Part shown: piece after piece, positions 1 through 9,962 of the stretch
Layout: each line of letters begins with the position of its first letter
Position numbering within the stretch: position 1 is the first letter of the stretch
Program-made: the position numbers and the translations under genes
Source: an uncultured delta proteobacterium
GTDB lineage: Bacteria; Desulfobacterota; Desulfobaccia; Desulfobaccales; 0-14-0-80-60-11
Assembly: GCA_963812015.1 (NCBI GenBank)
Contig: CAWETI010000003.1
Span: 1,856,001-1,920,000 of the forward strand
Reading direction: 5' to 3'
Length of the DNA stretch: 64,000 bases
Notes under the pieces: model-generated
Databases searched by the model: none
Seen by the model: only the letters and a program-made list of their open reading frames with translations
What the model was told of the DNA's origin: nothing

Positions 1-584
<584 letters not shown>

Positions 585-604
585 TCTTTAGGAGTCTTTA
601 CCGG

Positions 605-1933
605 ATGGATGACCTGGCTCACACAGACCCTGAAATCTATGCTGTCATTGAGCGTGAGCGCCAGCGCCAACTGAACAAGTTGGAGATGATTGCCTCCGAA
701 AACTTTGTCAGTGGCGCGGTACTTGAGGCCCAGGGTTCCATCCTGACCCATAAATACGCCGAGGGGTATCCGGGCCGGCGCTTTTACGGGGGCTGTGAAT
801 ATGTCGATACCGCGGAAAATTTGGCCCTGAGCCGGGTCAAGGAGCTCTTCGGGGCGACTTACGCCAATGTGCAGCCCCATTCCGGCACTCAGGCCAATAT
901 GGCCGTTTATTTTTCCTTCCTCAAGCCCGGTGATACCATCCTGGGCATGGACCTGGCCCACGGCGGCCATCTGAGCCATGGCGCCTCGGTAAATTTCTCC
1001 GGCCGCCTGTTCAAGGCTATCACTTACGGCGTGGATCGCCGCACCGAAGAAATCGACTTTGAGGTGGTGGCGGAACTAGCCCGGCAGCACCGCCCCAAGA
1101 TGATCATCGCCGGGGCCAGCGCCTATCCCCGCTTACTGGATTTCGGGCGTTTTACGGAAATTGCCCGGGAGGTGGAGGCGTATCTCATGGTGGATATGGC
1201 CCATATCGCCGGGTTGATCGCCGGTGGCCTCCATCCCAATCCCTTGCCGGCGGCGGATTTTGTCACCTCCACCACCCATAAAACCATGCGCGGTCCCCGG
1301 GGCGGCCTCATCCTGGCCCAACCCCAATACGGCAAAGCCCTGGACAGCCAAATCTTTCCGGGGATTCAGGGCGGCCCCCTCATGCACATCATCGCCGCCA
1401 AGGCGGTGGCCTTCAAGGAAGCCCTGGCGCCTTCTTTCCGGGTCTACCAGGAGCAGATCGTGGCCAATGCCCGGACCCTGTCCCGGGAATTTCTCAAGCA
1501 GGGATACCGCCTGGTGGCAGGCGGTACCGACACCCATCTCATTCTGATGGACCTGACTCCCACCAACCTCACGGGCCGAGAGGCGGAAGAGGCCCTGGAC
1601 CTGGCCGGCATCACGGTCAACAAAAACGCCATCCCCTTTGACCAGCGGCCACCCCGCATCACCAGCGGCATTCGCCTCGGCACCCCGGCCTTGACCACCC
1701 GGGGCATGAAGGAACCGGAGATGGAGATCATCGCCGGACTCATTCACCAGGCTCTGTCGTCGCCCAAGGATACCGCCCGTCTCCAGAAGCTGGAAGCCCA
1801 GGTGAAAGAACTCTGCCGGAGTTTTCCCAAGCTTTTTTCCGAAGAATGGCTGAGTGACCACCCAGCCCCCTCCTGCGCCGCCTGCGGTTCCTCTGGGCAG
1901 ACCCCCCATCCCAACCCGCGCCTTTCCGGCTAA
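605..1933 (+). CDS. glyA: Serine hydroxymethyltransferase
   Basis: [37 protein letters not shown] (PLP Lys); SD AGGAG upstream. Confidence 0.98.
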   Translation: MDDLAHTDPEIYAVIERERQRQLNKLEMIASENFVSGAVLEAQGSILTHKYAEGYPGRRFYGGCEYVDTAENLALSRVKELFGATYANVQPHSGTQANMAVYFSFLKPGDTILGMDLAHGGHLSHGASVNFSGRLFKAITYGVDRRTEEIDFEVVAELARQHRPKMIIAGASAYPRLLDFGRFTEIAREVEAYLMVDMAHIAGLIAGGLHPNPLPAADFVTSTTHKTMRGPRGGLILAQPQYGKALDSQIFPGIQGGPLMHIIAAKAVAFKEALAPSFRVYQEQIVANARTLSREFLKQGYRLVAGGTDTHLILMDLTPTNLTGREAEEALDLAGITVNKNAIPFDQRPPRITSGIRLGTPALTTRGMKEPEMEIIAGLIHQALSSPKDTARLQKLEAQVKELCRSFPKLFSEEWLSDHPAPSCAACGSSGQTPHPNPRLSG

Positions 1934-2060
1934 CCCCGTTGCTGCTGCCTCCTTTCCTTGAGATGCCTGGATAGGGGCGCCGCCGAGCAATTTTTTTTTC
2001 CGTTCGCATGACCCATGAATTTGCCCTTTACTGGGGATCATTTTTATTGGAAGATATGTC

Positions 2061-2537
2061 ATGCGTTGTCCCTACTGCCATAGCACCAACAACAAGGTCA
2101 TAGATTCCCGTCCCAGCCGGGAGGCCAACGCCATCCGGCGGCGGCGCGAATGCCTCCACTGCCAGCGGCGCTTCACCACCTATGAACAGGTGGAAGAAAG
2201 CATGCCGCTGGTCGTCAAAAAAGACGGGCGCCGGGAACCCTTTCAGCGTGCCAAGCTTTACGAAGGCATCACCAAGGCCTGCGAAAAACGGCCGGTGTCC
2301 ATCGACGCCGTCGAGAATTTCCTCGACAGTCTGGAACGTGAGATGCTGGAGTCCGGCCAGCGGGAAATCGCCTCCACCTGGATCGGCGAACGGGTGATGG
2401 CTCAGTTGCGCCAGTGGGACGAAGTGGCCTACGTGCGCTTTGCCTCGGTGTACCGTCATTTCACCGACGCCACCGACTTTATGGAAGAGATTCGCCACCT
2501 CCTGGCCAGCCGGAAGGGGGAGAAGGGGAAGCCATGA
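2061..2537 (+). CDS. nrdR: Transcriptional repressor NrdR
   Basis: MRCPYC...RRRRECLHC Zn ribbon, ATP-cone, VAYVRFASVYR. Confidence 0.97.
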   Translation: MRCPYCHSTNNKVIDSRPSREANAIRRRRECLHCQRRFTTYEQVEESMPLVVKKDGRREPFQRAKLYEGITKACEKRPVSIDAVENFLDSLEREMLESGQREIASTWIGERVMAQLRQWDEVAYVRFASVYRHFTDATDFMEEIRHLLASRKGEKGKP

Positions 2538-2620
2538 TTTGAGGGGACGGCCGGAGGACGTCTTCCGTACTTCCGTAAGGGTCCCCCGCCCTCCCCTCAG
2601 ACTTCCCTCCCAGCCCCTTT
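2538..2620 (+). repeat. G/C-run hairpin repeat, family A
   Basis: TTTGAGGGGACGG...CCCCCGCCCTCCCCTCAGACTTCCCTCCCAGCCCC closely matches 5021-5108 (inverted) and 7126-7192. Confidence 0.8.
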
Positions 2621-2754
2621 ATTGACACAGTGAGGGGGTCTCTTTCACAAGCTCCTGATAGGAAACGTCAATTTTTGACCCAAGCTCGGCTTGGGCACCT
2701 CAGGAGTTGAGAGACGACGACGCGACAGGATGCATCAGCGTTCAGGGAGGAAGG

Positions 2755-3144
2755 ATGAGCAGCACGAGATATGAGCGCGGCTGGAAAAAACTGCTGGAGA
2801 TCGACAAGGAGGCGGGAGAGCGGGTCATGGATGCCTTAAAAAATATTGCCCCGGACCTGGCCCGTTACACCATTGAATTCCCCTTTGGCGACATCTATTC
2901 CCGTCCCGGCCTGGACCTCAAATCTCGGGAGATCGCCACGGTGGCCGCCCTCACCGCCCTGGGCAACGCCGCCCCCCAATTGAAAGTGCACATTTACGCC
3001 GCCCTCAACGTGGGCTGCACCCGGGCGGAGATTGTCGAGGTTATCATTCAAATGGCGGTCTATGCCGGTTTTCCAGCCGCCATCAACGGTATGTTTGCCG
3101 CCGAGGAAGTCTTCCAAGAACGCGACGAGAAAGGACAATCTTAA
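2755..3144 (+). CDS. Carboxymuconolactone decarboxylase (CMD/AhpD-like) family protein
   Basis: [19 protein letters not shown]...[13 protein letters not shown]...[22 protein letters not shown] before ATG 2755. Confidence 0.9.
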   Translation: MSSTRYERGWKKLLEIDKEAGERVMDALKNIAPDLARYTIEFPFGDIYSRPGLDLKSREIATVAALTALGNAAPQLKVHIYAALNVGCTRAEIVEVIIQMAVYAGFPAAINGMFAAEEVFQERDEKGQS

Positions 3145-3194
3145 TTCCGGTTAATTCTGGTTGCCAAACAGGAGCTTGGGAACCAGAAAAAATG

Positions 3195-3270
3195 CCCTTC
3201 CAGCCCCCCTTTATGGGGGTTAGAGGAAAGGGCCTCGGAGAGGCCCTGATAAAAACCCCCTCTCCCCAAA
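3195..3270. repeat. Degenerate G/C-run hairpin repeat (family A-related)
   Basis: CCAGCCCCCCTTTATGGGGGTTAGAGGAAAGGGCC...CCCCCTCTCCCCAAA shares the CCCCCT(T)..GGGGG tail of the other copies. Confidence 0.5.
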
Positions 3271-3281
3271 CGAGGACTGTC

Positions 3282-4376
3282 TTGGATACCAACGCGACTT
3301 ACATGAAGCTGGCCCTGAACCTGGCCGCCCGGGGGGCGGGCTGGGTATCGCCCAACCCCATGGTGGGGGCGGTTGTGGTCAAAGACGGTCAGGTAGTGGG
3401 CCGGGGCTACCACCGCCGGGCCGGCCTGCCCCATGCCGAGGTGGAGGCTTTGCGGGCCGCGGGAGAGGCCGCCCGAGGCGCCGACTTATATGTCACCCTG
3501 GAGCCTTGCAACCATCAGGGGCGCACTCCCCCGTGCACCCACGCCATCCTGGCGGCCGGGGTGCGCCGGGTAGTCATCGGCAGCCGGGACCCCAATCCCC
3601 AAGTAACCGGCGGCGGCGCCGAGTTTCTGACCGCGCGGGGGGTGGACGTGGCCGAGGGAGTGCTGACCGCCGAGGCCCGGCGTTTGAACGAAGCCTGGTT
3701 TCATTATGTGACTACCGGCCGCCCCTGGGTCATGGCCAAGGCGGCCTGTTCCCTGGATGGCAAGATCGCCACCGTGGGGGGCGAGAGCCAGTGGCTCACC
3801 GGCCAGGCCGCCCGGGGCCTGGGGCACCGCCTCCGCCATCGGGTGGATGCCATCGTCGTGGGGATCGGCACGGTGCTGGCCGACGATCCCCAGCTCACCA
3901 CCCGGCTGCCCCGGGGCCCGAGTCAGGACCCCATCCGCATCGTCCTGGACAGCCGCCTGCGCCTGCCCTTAACGGCCCGGCTGCTTAACCTGGACTCGGA
4001 GGCCCCCACCTGGGTGGCCACCACCGGCCAGGCCCCGCCGGACACGATCCGTGCCATCAAGGCGCAGGGGGCCCAGGTCCTGGTGCTGCCCGGGGACGCC
4101 GGGCGGGTCTCCCTCCCCGCCCTGCTGGAGCACCTGGGGGCCCGCCAGGTTCAAAGCCTCCTGGTGGAAGGCGGGGCCGAAACCCTGGGGGCTTTTTTCG
4201 ACCAGCGTTTGGTCAATCAGTTTTATTTTTTCTATGCCCCCAAAATCCTGGGAGGCCAGAAAGCCCCGGGAGCGGTGGGCGGCCATGGGATCACCCATCT
4301 GGGGGACGCCCATATCGCCCGGGACCTCCGCGTCCGCCGTCTGGGCGGCGACCTGTTGGTGTCGGGATATTTATAG
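3282..4376 (+). CDS. ribD: Bifunctional riboflavin deaminase/reductase
   Basis: SPNPMVGAV, HAE, TLEPCNHQGRTPPC, SLDGKIA, LLVEGG; TTG 3282 with GAGGA SD (the ORF-track extension runs through a repeat). Confidence 0.96.
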   Translation: MDTNATYMKLALNLAARGAGWVSPNPMVGAVVVKDGQVVGRGYHRRAGLPHAEVEALRAAGEAARGADLYVTLEPCNHQGRTPPCTHAILAAGVRRVVIGSRDPNPQVTGGGAEFLTARGVDVAEGVLTAEARRLNEAWFHYVTTGRPWVMAKAACSLDGKIATVGGESQWLTGQAARGLGHRLRHRVDAIVVGIGTVLADDPQLTTRLPRGPSQDPIRIVLDSRLRLPLTARLLNLDSEAPTWVATTGQAPPDTIRAIKAQGAQVLVLPGDAGRVSLPALLEHLGARQVQSLLVEGGAETLGAFFDQRLVNQFYFFYAPKILGGQKAPGAVGGHGITHLGDAHIARDLRVRRLGGDLLVSGYL

Positions 4377-4500
4377 GGCAGACTATATAACCGGGTGGGA
4401 TGGCTTTATACCAGTTTCCCCGGAAAATGCCAGGAACAATCTGTTTAACTTATTGTTATGATTTATTCTTCTAACAGAAAACTGAAAACCGCAAACGGTA

Positions 4501-4992
4501 TTAAAGGTCAAGTCGATAGGCGATGGGCCCCGGATCCCCGTCGAATTCCGGGGCCCGCTTGAAACCCATTTTTTCATAGAGATGCCGGGCGACCGCCATA
4601 AAAGTCCCGGTGTAGAGGTAAATGGTGCGAACCTGGAGCTCCCGGGCCCGGTCCAGGCAGAATAGGGTCAGCAGGTTGCCATATCCTCGACCCCGGCTGG
4701 CAGGACGCACGGCCAGCAGTCTGATTAACCCCGCTCCGGCCGGCCACTGCCCCTGGTGAGCCTGGCCGGCATCGGGGTAAAAGGTCACGGCTCCCTCGAT
4801 CCTGCCCCCCTGCTCCGCCACCAGCACCATGCCTCCGGGTCCATGCATCGCCTCACTGATGTTATCCATCCACCTATTCCAGGCAGCCTCCGGCATGAGG
4901 GGCTGGAATTCCCGGTAGGCGTCTTTCACCAGGTTTTCAACCTTATGCAATTCCTCTGCTCCGGCCTCCCGGATTCGGATTTCCTGCGCCAT
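4501..4992 (-). CDS. GNAT family N-acetyltransferase
   Basis: IRLLAVRPASRGRGYG acetyl-CoA motif, LYEKMGF. Confidence 0.9.
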   Translation of the reverse strand: MAQEIRIREAGAEELHKVENLVKDAYREFQPLMPEAAWNRWMDNISEAMHGPGGMVLVAEQGGRIEGAVTFYPDAGQAHQGQWPAGAGLIRLLAVRPASRGRGYGNLLTLFCLDRARELQVRTIYLYTGTFMAVARHLYEKMGFKRAPEFDGDPGPIAYRLDL

Positions 4993-5020
4993 AATCTGCC
5001 TGCTCTGAAAGGTTGATGGC

Positions 5021-5108
5021 TTCACCCCCTTTCAAGGGGGCTGGGAGGGGAGTTTGAGGGGAGGGCGGGGGGCTCTTACGAAAGACGTCCCCCAGCCCTC
5101 CCCTCAAA
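5021..5108 (-). repeat. G/C-run hairpin repeat, family A
   Basis: Reverse complement TTTGAGGGGAGGGCTGGGGGACGTCTTTCGTAAGAGCCCCCCGCCCTCCCCTCAAACTCCCTCCCAGCCCCC aligns with 2538-2620 and 7126-7192. Confidence 0.85.
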
Positions 5109-5126
5109 ATATTCAAGTTCCATACT

Positions 5127-5924
5127 CTACTTCCCCCGCAGAGGCGCCTTGAGGGCGGCAATGAAATCGCCCACCTCTTTGATCAGTTCTTTTCCCCGCA
5201 GTCTGGCCACCCTCTGGACGATGGCGCTGCCCACCACCACTCCGTCCACATAGGGAGCCAACCCGGCCACCTGCTCCGGGGTGGAGATACCGAACCCCAC
5301 GGCCAGGGGGCATTTCACCAAAGCGCGCACTTCCTGCAGCGATGCCGCCAGGTCCGGGGGCAGCTCCGTGCGGGCCCCGGTAATCCCGGTCACCGAGACA
5401 TAGTAAAGAAACCCCTTGGTGAGGCGCCCCAGGGTCTTGATGCGTTCAGCGCCGCTGGTGGGCGCCGCCAGAAAAATGGTGGCAATATTGGCATTTAAGG
5501 CCGCCACCCGCCAGGGCCCCGCTTCCTCCGGGGGCAAATCCGGGATGATGAAGCCGTCCACCCCGTTGGCGGCAGCCGCGGCCGCGGTGCGCTCTAACCC
5601 ATATTGCAATATGGGGTTGTAGTAGCCCATAAGGATGAGAGGAATCTGGGTGTGGGCCCGCAAGTCCCCAGCCAGTTTCAGGACGTCCTCCAGATGGACC
5701 CCCCCCTGCATGGCCCGGAGGCTGGCGGCCTGAATGGTGGGGCCGTCGGCCAGAGGATCGGAGAAAGGCACCCCCAATTCCAGGATATCCGCGCCCCGGG
5801 CGGCCATCTCCAGGGCCAGAGCCCGGCTGGTGGCAATATCCGGGTCTCCCGCGGTGATGAAGGGAATGAGGGCCTTCCCGCCTTTAGCCTTGAGCTGCTT
5901 GAATACCCTGTCAATGCGCGTCAC
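5127..5924 (-). CDS. trpA: Tryptophan synthase alpha chain
   Basis: [43 protein letters not shown]. Confidence 0.98.
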   Translation of the reverse strand: MTRIDRVFKQLKAKGGKALIPFITAGDPDIATSRALALEMAARGADILELGVPFSDPLADGPTIQAASLRAMQGGVHLEDVLKLAGDLRAHTQIPLILMGYYNPILQYGLERTAAAAAANGVDGFIIPDLPPEEAGPWRVAALNANIATIFLAAPTSGAERIKTLGRLTKGFLYYVSVTGITGARTELPPDLAASLQEVRALVKCPLAVGFGISTPEQVAGLAPYVDGVVVGSAIVQRVARLRGKELIKEVGDFIAALKAPLRGK

Positions 5925-7104
5925 CGGACACCTCCATAGCTTCGGCCACTGCGTCTACGTCCTTGTCACCCCGGCCGGAAAGATTGACGATAATGATGTC
6001 ATCGGCGGTATACTCGGGGGCCAGCCGCGAAAGATAGGCGATGGCATGGGCGCTTTCCAGGGCCGGGAGAATCCCCTCGGTCCGGGAGAGCAGGCTGAAC
6101 CCCGCCAGGGCATCGGTGTCCGTCACCGCCACGTATTCGGCCCGGGCCTGGTCTTTGAAAAAGGCGTGCTCCGGGCCCACGCCGGGATAATCCAGCCCCG
6201 GCGCCAGGGAGTGGGCCTCCTGGATATTGCCCCAGGGGTCTTGTAAGAGGTAGCTAAAGGCTCCGTGCAGGACACCCACCGTGCCGGCCACCAGGGTGGC
6301 GGAGTGGTGCCCGCTGTGGACCCCATGCCCCGCAGCCTCGACTCCCACGAACCGCACCGGGTCGTCCCGGAAGACATGGAACAGCCCCATGGCGTTGCTG
6401 CCGCCCCCCACGCAGGCCACCAGGCATTGGGGCAGCTTGCCGGTCCGCCGCCGCAACTGGCTCCGGGCCTCCCGCCCGATCACCGCCTGAAAATCCCGGA
6501 CGATCATCGGGTACGGGTGCGGTCCGCCCACGGACCCCAGGACATAGTGGGTATGGCGCACGTTGGTGACCCAATCCCGGATAGCGTCATTCATGGCATC
6601 CTTCAGGGTGCGGCTGCCCGACTCCACCGGCACCACCTTGGCCCCCAACAGACGCATGCGAATAACGTTGAGGCGCTGGCGCCGGATGTCTTCAGTGCCC
6701 ATGTAGATGTCGCACGACAGCCCCAACAGGGCCGCCACCGTGGCGGTGGCCACTCCGTGCTGACCTGCCCCGGTCTCGGCGATGAGCCGGGTTTTGCCCA
6801 TGCGCCGGGCCAACAACCCCTGTCCCAGGGTGTTGTTGATCTTGTGCGCCCCGGTGTGGGCCAGGTCCTCCCGCTTGATGAAGATCTGCGGGCCCCCCAA
6901 CTCTGCGGTCAGATGCCGGGCGAAATACAGGGGCGTGGGACGGCCCACGTAATCTTTGAGATACCAGGACAACTCCTGGCGAAACTCCCTGGTGCGGCTG
7001 ATCTTGCGATACGCCTCCTCCAACTCCAACAAGGCCGGCATCAGGGTCTCCGGCACAAACCGACCCCCATACCGCCCATACCTGCCATGCCGATCCGGTA
7101 ACAA
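5911..7104 (-). CDS. trpB: Tryptophan synthase beta chain
   Basis: [46 protein letters not shown] start with AAGGAGG SD. Confidence 0.98.
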   Translation of the reverse strand: MLPDRHGRYGRYGGRFVPETLMPALLELEEAYRKISRTREFRQELSWYLKDYVGRPTPLYFARHLTAELGGPQIFIKREDLAHTGAHKINNTLGQGLLARRMGKTRLIAETGAGQHGVATATVAALLGLSCDIYMGTEDIRRQRLNVIRMRLLGAKVVPVESGSRTLKDAMNDAIRDWVTNVRHTHYVLGSVGGPHPYPMIVRDFQAVIGREARSQLRRRTGKLPQCLVACVGGGSNAMGLFHVFRDDPVRFVGVEAAGHGVHSGHHSATLVAGTVGVLHGAFSYLLQDPWGNIQEAHSLAPGLDYPGVGPEHAFFKDQARAEYVAVTDTDALAGFSLLSRTEGILPALESAHAIAYLSRLAPEYTADDIIIVNLSGRGDKDVDAVAEAMEVSGDAH

Positions 7105-7125
7105 GATGAACCTCCTTGGATAGGT

Positions 7126-7243
7126 TTTGAAGGGCGGACCGGGGGACACGAGTCCCCCGCCCTCCCCTCAAACTCCCCTCCCATCCCCCTTTACGAGTTT
7201 GGGGGAGGGGGTAAGGGCGGGGACCCTTTGCCCCCTCCCCCAA
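7126..7243 (+). repeat. Double G/C-run hairpin repeat, family A, overlapping trpF 3' end
   Basis: Copy of the 2538/5021 element followed by hairpin TGGGGGAGGGGGTAAGGG...CCCTTTGCCCCCTCCCCCA, similar to 20233-20290. Confidence 0.8.
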
Positions 7244-7856
7244 CTGCTTTTATAGCATTAATGAAGCTCTCAAGCTTCACCGGGTCTTTCCGGCCCGGCG
7301 CGGCTTCGCTGCCGCTGGCCGCGTCCACAGCATCGGGCTGTGCCGTCGCGATGGCCTGGGCGACGTTATAGGGCGTCAAACCCCCGGCCAGGATGATCCG
7401 GCCGTACTTTTTAGCTTCCCGGGCCAGGTGCCAGTCAAAAACTTCACCGGTGCCTCCGACTTGCCCTTTTATATAAGTGTCCAGCAGGAAGGCTTGGACC
7501 GCGCCCCGAAAGGGCTCCAACTGCTTAAGGGAGCTTGCGTCCTTGATGCGAAAGCCTTTGATCGCCCGCCGCCCCAGGCCCCGGCAGTATTCCGGGGATT
7601 CCTGGCCGTGCACTTGAACCCAGTCCAGGCCTACCCGGGCCGCCAGGGCCCTCACCACCGCGGCGTCTTCATCCACGAAGACCCCAACCGCGGCCACGAA
7701 GGGGGGCAGTTGGGCGATAATCGACCGGGCGGCTTCCGGGGCCACCTTCCGGGGGCTCTTGGGGTAAAAGATAAACCCCAGGGCGTCTGCCCCCAACTCC
7801 GCCGCCAGCAGTGCGTCTTCCAGATTCGTGATGCCGCAAATTTTGATGCGCACCAT
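7191..7856 (-). CDS. trpF: Phosphoribosylanthranilate isomerase
   Basis: IKICGIT, GADALGFIF, QVHGQE, GGTGEVFDW, LAGGLTP. Confidence 0.97.
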   Translation of the reverse strand: MVRIKICGITNLEDALLAAELGADALGFIFYPKSPRKVAPEAARSIIAQLPPFVAAVGVFVDEDAAVVRALAARVGLDWVQVHGQESPEYCRGLGRRAIKGFRIKDASSLKQLEPFRGAVQAFLLDTYIKGQVGGTGEVFDWHLAREAKKYGRIILAGGLTPYNVAQAIATAQPDAVDAASGSEAAPGRKDPVKLESFINAIKAVGGGGKGSPPLPPPPNS

Positions 7857-7973
7857 ATTATTTTCCAGTTGCCAGTGATTAGTTCTTCGTTGATTCTATA
7901 GGTTATCGATAATTTGTTTCCGATCAAAGTTGCCGATCCGGCGAAAACCATTCCAGGCATAACTGGCAATTAA

Positions 7974-8765
7974 CTACTGACTACTGGCTACTCCCAAGAA
8001 TTCCCTTAACGCGGCCCCCGGGTCTGCCTGGGTCACTAGGCGCTCCCCGATGAGAAAGGCGTGGATGCCGGCCGCCTCCAGGCGTTCCAGGTCGGCCCGG
8101 GTCTTTAATCCCGACGCGGCCACCAGGGTCACTCCCGCCGGCGCCAGGGGAGCCAGCTCCAGGACCCGGTCCGGAAACATCTCGAAGGTGTAAAGATTTC
8201 GGGAGTTGATCCCGATCAACCGGGCCCCCGCGGTCAGGGCCGTCTCCATTTCCGCCACAGTGTGCACCTCCACCAACGCCTCCAGACCCAGGGAGCGGGT
8301 GAGCAGCAGCAGGCCCCGGAGTTTTCGTAAGTCCAGCAGGCTGACGATGAGCAGCAGGGCGTCGGCCCCTAAGGCTGCGCTTTCATAAACCTGTATCGGC
8401 TCTAATATAAAATCCTTGCGCAAGATGGGGAGGTGGATCACCGGGCGCATCCGCCGGATGAACTCCGGGTCCCCTTTAAAATAATGGACTTCCGTCAGAA
8501 CCGAGATAGCCGCGGCGCCGTTGTCCTGGTAAATCCGGGCCAACTCCACCGGGTCCCGGCCCAGGGCCAGGTCCCCCTTGCTGGGGGAGGCTCGCTTGAT
8601 CTCGGCGATGATAGCCGGGCCGGCGGCGCCATCCAGGGCGGCCTTGAGGCTTTTGGGGGCCGGCCGCCGGGCGATGTCGGCCTTGAAGGCGTCAATTACC
8701 CCGGCGGCAAACAACCGCTCGGAATCCCTCAGTTTCCGGGCGACGATTTCCTCTAGAAAGTTCAT
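7974..8765 (-). CDS. trpC: Indole-3-glycerol phosphate synthase
   Basis: IIAEIKRASPSKG, ISVLTE, LRKDFI, LVEVHT, GINSRNL. Confidence 0.97.
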   Translation of the reverse strand: MNFLEEIVARKLRDSERLFAAGVIDAFKADIARRPAPKSLKAALDGAAGPAIIAEIKRASPSKGDLALGRDPVELARIYQDNGAAAISVLTEVHYFKGDPEFIRRMRPVIHLPILRKDFILEPIQVYESAALGADALLLIVSLLDLRKLRGLLLLTRSLGLEALVEVHTVAEMETALTAGARLIGINSRNLYTFEMFPDRVLELAPLAPAGVTLVAASGLKTRADLERLEAAGIHAFLIGERLVTQADPGAALREFLGVASSQ

Positions 8766-8859
8766 AGCAAACCTAAACCTTTGTCGTCCACAATGTCATG
8801 TAATGGGGCGCAGCGCGCACCCTGCCTTCATCTATGGCGGGCAGTGACCGCCCTATATA

Positions 8860-9927
8860 TCACTGCTCATCGCTAAAGCTCTTGCTTTTGCCGATCAAGG
8901 CCTCCAGTTTGGCCATGGCCTTGCCGGAGCGAATGGTCTCCCGGGCCAATGCGATGCCTTGCGGGAAGTCGGCAACCAGGCCCCCGGCGATGAAGGCTGC
9001 GGCCGCGTTCAAGGCCACCATGTCTTCCCGGGGCCCCCCCTCCCCTGCCAGGACCTGGCGCACGATGCGGGCATTCTCGAAAACGTCCCCGCCCTTGATA
9101 TCCGCCAATGTGGCCCGTTTCAGGCCGAAATCCTCCGGCGCGATATCGTAGGTCCGCACCGCCCCGTCCTTGAGCTGGCTCACCCGGGTGGGGCCGACGA
9201 TGCTGATTTCATCGAAAGAGCCCTCGCCGTAAACTACGAAGGCGCTCCGGCCTCCCAGGTTGCCCAAGACCTGGGCCAGGGGCTCGGTGAGCCGGGCGTC
9301 ATAGACCCCCAGCACCTGGACGTTGGCGCTGGCCGGGTTGGTCAGGGGTCCCAGGACGTTGAAGATGGTGCGGATGCCGATCTCCCGCCGGGGGCCGATG
9401 GCGTAGCGCATGGCCCCGTGGAGCTGGGGGGCGAAGAGAAAGCCGATGCCCACCTCCAGGATACACCAGGCCACCTGCTCCGGGGTGAGGGCCAGATTGA
9501 TCCCCAGGGCCTCGATGACGTCGGCGGAGCCGCACCGGGAGGACACCGCCCGGTTGCCGTGCTTGGCGACTTTCAGGCCCGCCCCGGCCACCACGAAGGC
9601 GGTGGTGGTGGAGACGTTGAAGGTGGAGGTGGCATCCCCCCCGGTGCCGCAGGTGTCCACCACCGTCTCCCAGTCCACGTTGATCTCATCCCGGTCCAGG
9701 TCGATAAGCCCGTCCGAGATGGGGATGCGGGTGGCCTTGGCCCGCATCACCTTGGCCGCGGCGGTGATTTCGGCCACGGTCTCCCCCTTCATCCGCAGGG
9801 CCGTAATGAACGCCCCGATCTGGGCCTCGGTGGCCTCCCCGCTCATGATAATTTCCATGGCCCGGGTCATCTCGGCCTCGGTCAGGTCCTGCCGGGAGAC
9901 CACCTTGAGAATAGCTTCTTTGAGCAT
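8860..9927 (-). CDS. trpD: Anthranilate phosphoribosyltransferase
   Basis: [41 protein letters not shown]. Confidence 0.98.
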   Translation of the reverse strand: MLKEAILKVVSRQDLTEAEMTRAMEIIMSGEATEAQIGAFITALRMKGETVAEITAAAKVMRAKATRIPISDGLIDLDRDEINVDWETVVDTCGTGGDATSTFNVSTTTAFVVAGAGLKVAKHGNRAVSSRCGSADVIEALGINLALTPEQVAWCILEVGIGFLFAPQLHGAMRYAIGPRREIGIRTIFNVLGPLTNPASANVQVLGVYDARLTEPLAQVLGNLGGRSAFVVYGEGSFDEISIVGPTRVSQLKDGAVRTYDIAPEDFGLKRATLADIKGGDVFENARIVRQVLAGEGGPREDMVALNAAAAFIAGGLVADFPQGIALARETIRSGKAMAKLEALIGKSKSFSDEQ

Positions 9928-9962
9928 GTTCTAATTCCTTCAACTGGTAAGGTTATCTGTGC

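Noticed and set aside
2538..7243. Repeats considered as a CRISPR array
   Set aside because: Dispersed, variable, no regular repeat-spacer period, no cas genes
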